64,000 nucleotides of DNA from an uncultured Acidobacteriota bacterium (GTDB taxonomy: Bacteria; Acidobacteriota; Thermoanaerobaculia; Multivoradales; UBA5704), in the NCBI GenBank assembly GCA_963770895.1, contig CAVYRF010000002.1, forward strand, positions 4,512,001-4,576,000, read 5' to 3'. The notes under the pieces are model-generated. The model did no database searches. It had not been told where the DNA came from and was given only the letters and a program-made list of their open reading frames with translations. The position numbers and the translations under genes were made by a program. Shown here in pieces: positions 61,597 to 64,000 of the stretch (the stretch's first letter is position 1; each line of letters starts with the position of its first letter).

Positions 61597-61977
61597 TCAG
61601 TCGCGGGCGCGAAACTGTTCGAAAAGAAGGTGAGCGGAATCGCGTGCTGCGGTCGGTGCGGTGATGGTGAGCCGAACGCTGTCCGCTTCGTTGTCGATCT
61701 GGAAGGTGAAGAACGGACAGCATTGCGCTTCGCGCTGCACCAGCTGGCGCACCTTCTCCGCTGCTTCAGCCGCATAGGTCAGCTCAAGCCGCAGGTCCTG
61801 GTGTCGATCGGCGCGCAGCGCCCTGCGGTTGAGATCGGCAATCCAGCGGACGCGCTCCTGATAGTCGGCCGCCCCCAGGCTGCACGCGATGGGTGGGCGG
61901 TGGGGTGGCTGAGGTTCCGTGCCGGACCCTGTTCCCGGCGGCGTGATTTCATTGTCGATCATCGAGAATTCGCCCAT
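61597..61977 (-). CDS. small Cys-motif protein (PIACSL...E..CCPFF), probable metal-binding
   Basis: motifs resemble the C-terminal domain of some MerR-type regulators; TAATG overlap with upstream caspase gene (alternative start 61962). Confidence 0.7.
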   Translation of the reverse strand: MGEFSMIDNEITPPGTGSGTEPQPPHRPPIACSLGAADYQERVRWIADLNRRALRADRHQDLRLELTYAAEAAEKVRQLVQREAQCCPFFTFQIDNEADSVRLTITAPTAARDSAHLLFEQFRARD

Positions 61978-64000
61978 TATTTTGTCCTCATGTTGTCAAA
62001 GTCCAATTCGCCGGTTGCAGCATGTGCGGTGCGTAGCTCGAAGTCGGCGAAGTCAAAGGTCGCAGTGCCGTTGTCGGCTTCGACGAAGATGCCCGCAAAC
62101 CCTGAGCGCCAGCTGGTTTTTATGGGAAAGCGATCGACTTGCTGGTCATTGATATAGGTGAAGATCTCATCACCTTTGCCTATGACGACCAAAGCATTGG
62201 TCCTCCCAGGTGGATGTATGGCCGTGCTGACAGTGAAGGGGCGGCGCAGGGTGTACTTCGGCCCGCCATCCGACACCACGCTGGAGACCTTGCCTGTGCT
62301 CAGTGCCACTTTGTAGACGTGACGGAAATCGTGACGCCAAAAGAACAGGCCGCCGACGGCACCTTGATTCCCTACGATCTGCGTAAGGTTCACTCTCAGA
62401 TAGAAATCGTCGCCTATCGCTGGAAGCGCCAAAGCCGTATCGTGTGCATCGCGATCTTTGGTTATAGAGAATCGCAGCACCCCGTCCGCAACGGTCGAAG
62501 ACACATAGGTGTTGTTCACCAGGTCCCATCCAGCGGCGAAGCCCTTCGCCAAGCCAGCGGCATCGGGAAATGAGAGCTGCCAGGACCGGGCTTCGGCCAG
62601 GAGCGCCTGCGCCGTTTCCTTGGTCCGTGCATTCTGCGACGCACTCGACGTTTGCGGCCCCGGCAGTTCCCCTTCGCGTTGTGATACCGCGTTGGTGCGT
62701 GGCGGCGGGGGTAGACCCTTGGCAAGACTGGCATCCTTGGTCCCTGCATTTTGCGACGTACTCGCCGTCAGCGGCCTTGCCGGTGCATCCTTTCGTTGTG
62801 ATTTCTCCCCGGTGCCTGGCAGTGGCAGAGTCCCGGCCGGACTGGCATCCGTGGGCGCGGCAAGCAATCTGGCCACTGGCGGTGAAAACCAGGAAACCAC
62901 AGTTATCAGGCCCATGGAAGCGGCCCAGACGACGATGCCGAAGATCAGGCATTTGAGCATCACCTGTGCAGCCTGGGTCGGAGATTGTTTTGCTCTCAAG
63001 TAGGTCAGACGGTCGGCGGGGAAGAGATCGAGCGGTGGACGGATCGGTGGGTGTTTCGCGGCGGCTGGTGCCGGAGCTTGAGTGGGCGTTGCGCCCGCCG
63101 ACGCCGGCGAGGTGGTGGGTACATTTACGGTCAAGGCTACGGCATCTGTGGCTGCCGCAGCCACCCCAGCGGACGTTGCTTCGGCGGTCTTTGCGGCGGC
63201 GGTTGTCGCGCCGGCCAGCACCTCGGCGGCGGCGGTGGCGACCCGCTTGCTGTCGTCGTTCAGGGCGTGCTGGGCGGCGATGCGCGCGGCGTCGCGGAGG
63301 GTGGGGTCGGGGCCGAGCAGGTAGCGGGGGAGCTCGCGGAGGGCGCCTTCGCGCACGCCGGCGAGCGAGCTGTCCAGGGCCTGGCGCAGCTCGACGGGCA
63401 GATCGGGAAGCGGCGGGCGCCAGCCGGGGCGCTGGGCGATGACCAGGGTGCCCTGCTGCTGGTAGGACCAGCGGCGGGGGTTCTGGCGCGGGTTCTCCTG
63501 CACCACCTGTTTGTGGACGTAGTTGTAGAGCTCGTCCAGGGTGACCTGACCGTCGTTGTCCAGGTCGGCTTCGCCGGTCTCCAGGCCGTGGATGAGGTGG
63601 CGGGTGAAGACGGACATGGTGAGCGCTTGGCCGGCGGCGACGACGTCTGCGGGCTCCCAGGCGCGTTCGGTGGAGCTGCTGGCGGTCAGGACGTAGCGGC
63701 CCAGGCCGTTTCCTTCGAAGGTTGTCGCGGGTATGGCGGATTGGCCCTTGGCGCCACGTTCGAAGGCGCCGCTGTAGCAGCAGTCGAGGATCAGGATCTG
63801 CCGGCGGGAGCGGCATTGGTCCATTTCGGCGGTGACGAAGCCGGCGGGGATGGCGGTGGCGGACAGAAAGTCGCTTTCGGTGTCCCGCACCGCCAGGTGC
63901 AGGGCGCCGCGGTCGTCGAGCAGGCCGTGGCCGGTGAAGTAGAGCAGCAGCAGGTCGTCGGGCGTGCGCTTGGCGAAGAAGCGCGCGACCTCGCGGCGGA
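61977..64000 (-). CDS. caspase-like (peptidase C14) protein with HEAT-like segment, TM helix and extracellular beta-rich domain; 5' end outside window
   Basis: open frame to the edge: LLLYFTGHGLLD (His) and ILILDCCYSG (Cys), SVFTRHLIHGL, QNP; TM CLIFGIVVWAASMGLITVVSWF; C-terminal ..TYINDQQV..GFAGIF..FDFADF. Confidence 0.88.
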   Translation of the reverse strand, partial: RREVARFFAKRTPDDLLLLYFTGHGLLDDRGALHLAVRDTESDFLSATAIPAGFVTAEMDQCRSRRQILILDCCYSGAFERGAKGQSAIPATTFEGNGLGRYVLTASSSTERAWEPADVVAAGQALTMSVFTRHLIHGLETGEADLDNDGQVTLDELYNYVHKQVVQENPRQNPRRWSYQQQGTLVIAQRPGWRPPLPDLPVELRQALDSSLAGVREGALRELPRYLLGPDPTLRDAARIAAQHALNDDSKRVATAAAEVLAGATTAAAKTAEATSAGVAAAATDAVALTVNVPTTSPASAGATPTQAPAPAAAKHPPIRPPLDLFPADRLTYLRAKQSPTQAAQVMLKCLIFGIVVWAASMGLITVVSWFSPPVARLLAAPTDASPAGTLPLPGTGEKSQRKDAPARPLTASTSQNAGTKDASLAKGLPPPPRTNAVSQREGELPGPQTSSASQNARTKETAQALLAEARSWQLSFPDAAGLAKGFAAGWDLVNNTYVSSTVADGVLRFSITKDRDAHDTALALPAIGDDFYLRVNLTQIVGNQGAVGGLFFWRHDFRHVYKVALSTGKVSSVVSDGGPKYTLRRPFTVSTAIHPPGRTNALVVIGKGDEIFTYINDQQVDRFPIKTSWRSGFAGIFVEADNGTATFDFADFELRTAHAATGELDFDNMRTK

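Overview
High-GC bacterial chromosomal window, most consistent with Acidobacteriota (Thermoanaerobaculia-like); this is inferred from an acidobacterial VWFA protein and a C-terminal 'FWFF...KILDGRAVNGHFWVFYGALSNV' domain. Housekeeping genes: lexA, aminotransferase, ogt, fhs, a divergent folD, MFS transporter, pilT-like ATPase, CCA-adding enzyme, gatCA, amidase, ECF sigma/anti-sigma pair, long GreA-domain protein, rodZ-like gene, DnaJ-TPR, PP2C, fadD/fadJ, tRNA-Pro(CGG) and an M13 peptidase. Two larger systems stand out. (1) A complete form I (AYRCSFR) aerobic CO dehydrogenase cluster with all maturation genes upstream of coxMSL. (2) A 7-gene Wsp/Frz-like chemosensory operon whose two paralogous receptors carry a Cache-like domain at the cytoplasmic C-terminus, after the signalling domain, with no output gene in the operon. 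Also seen: a CTAG-bounded palindromic MITE-like element, a broken ASH/Ig-domain pseudogene, three sigma54-type promoters, several candidate leaderless genes, a PilT with an internal RBS-coupled coiled-coil tail, and a mosaic caspase-TM-extracellular protein running off the right edge. All assignments come from motif recognition by eye; no database searches were run.
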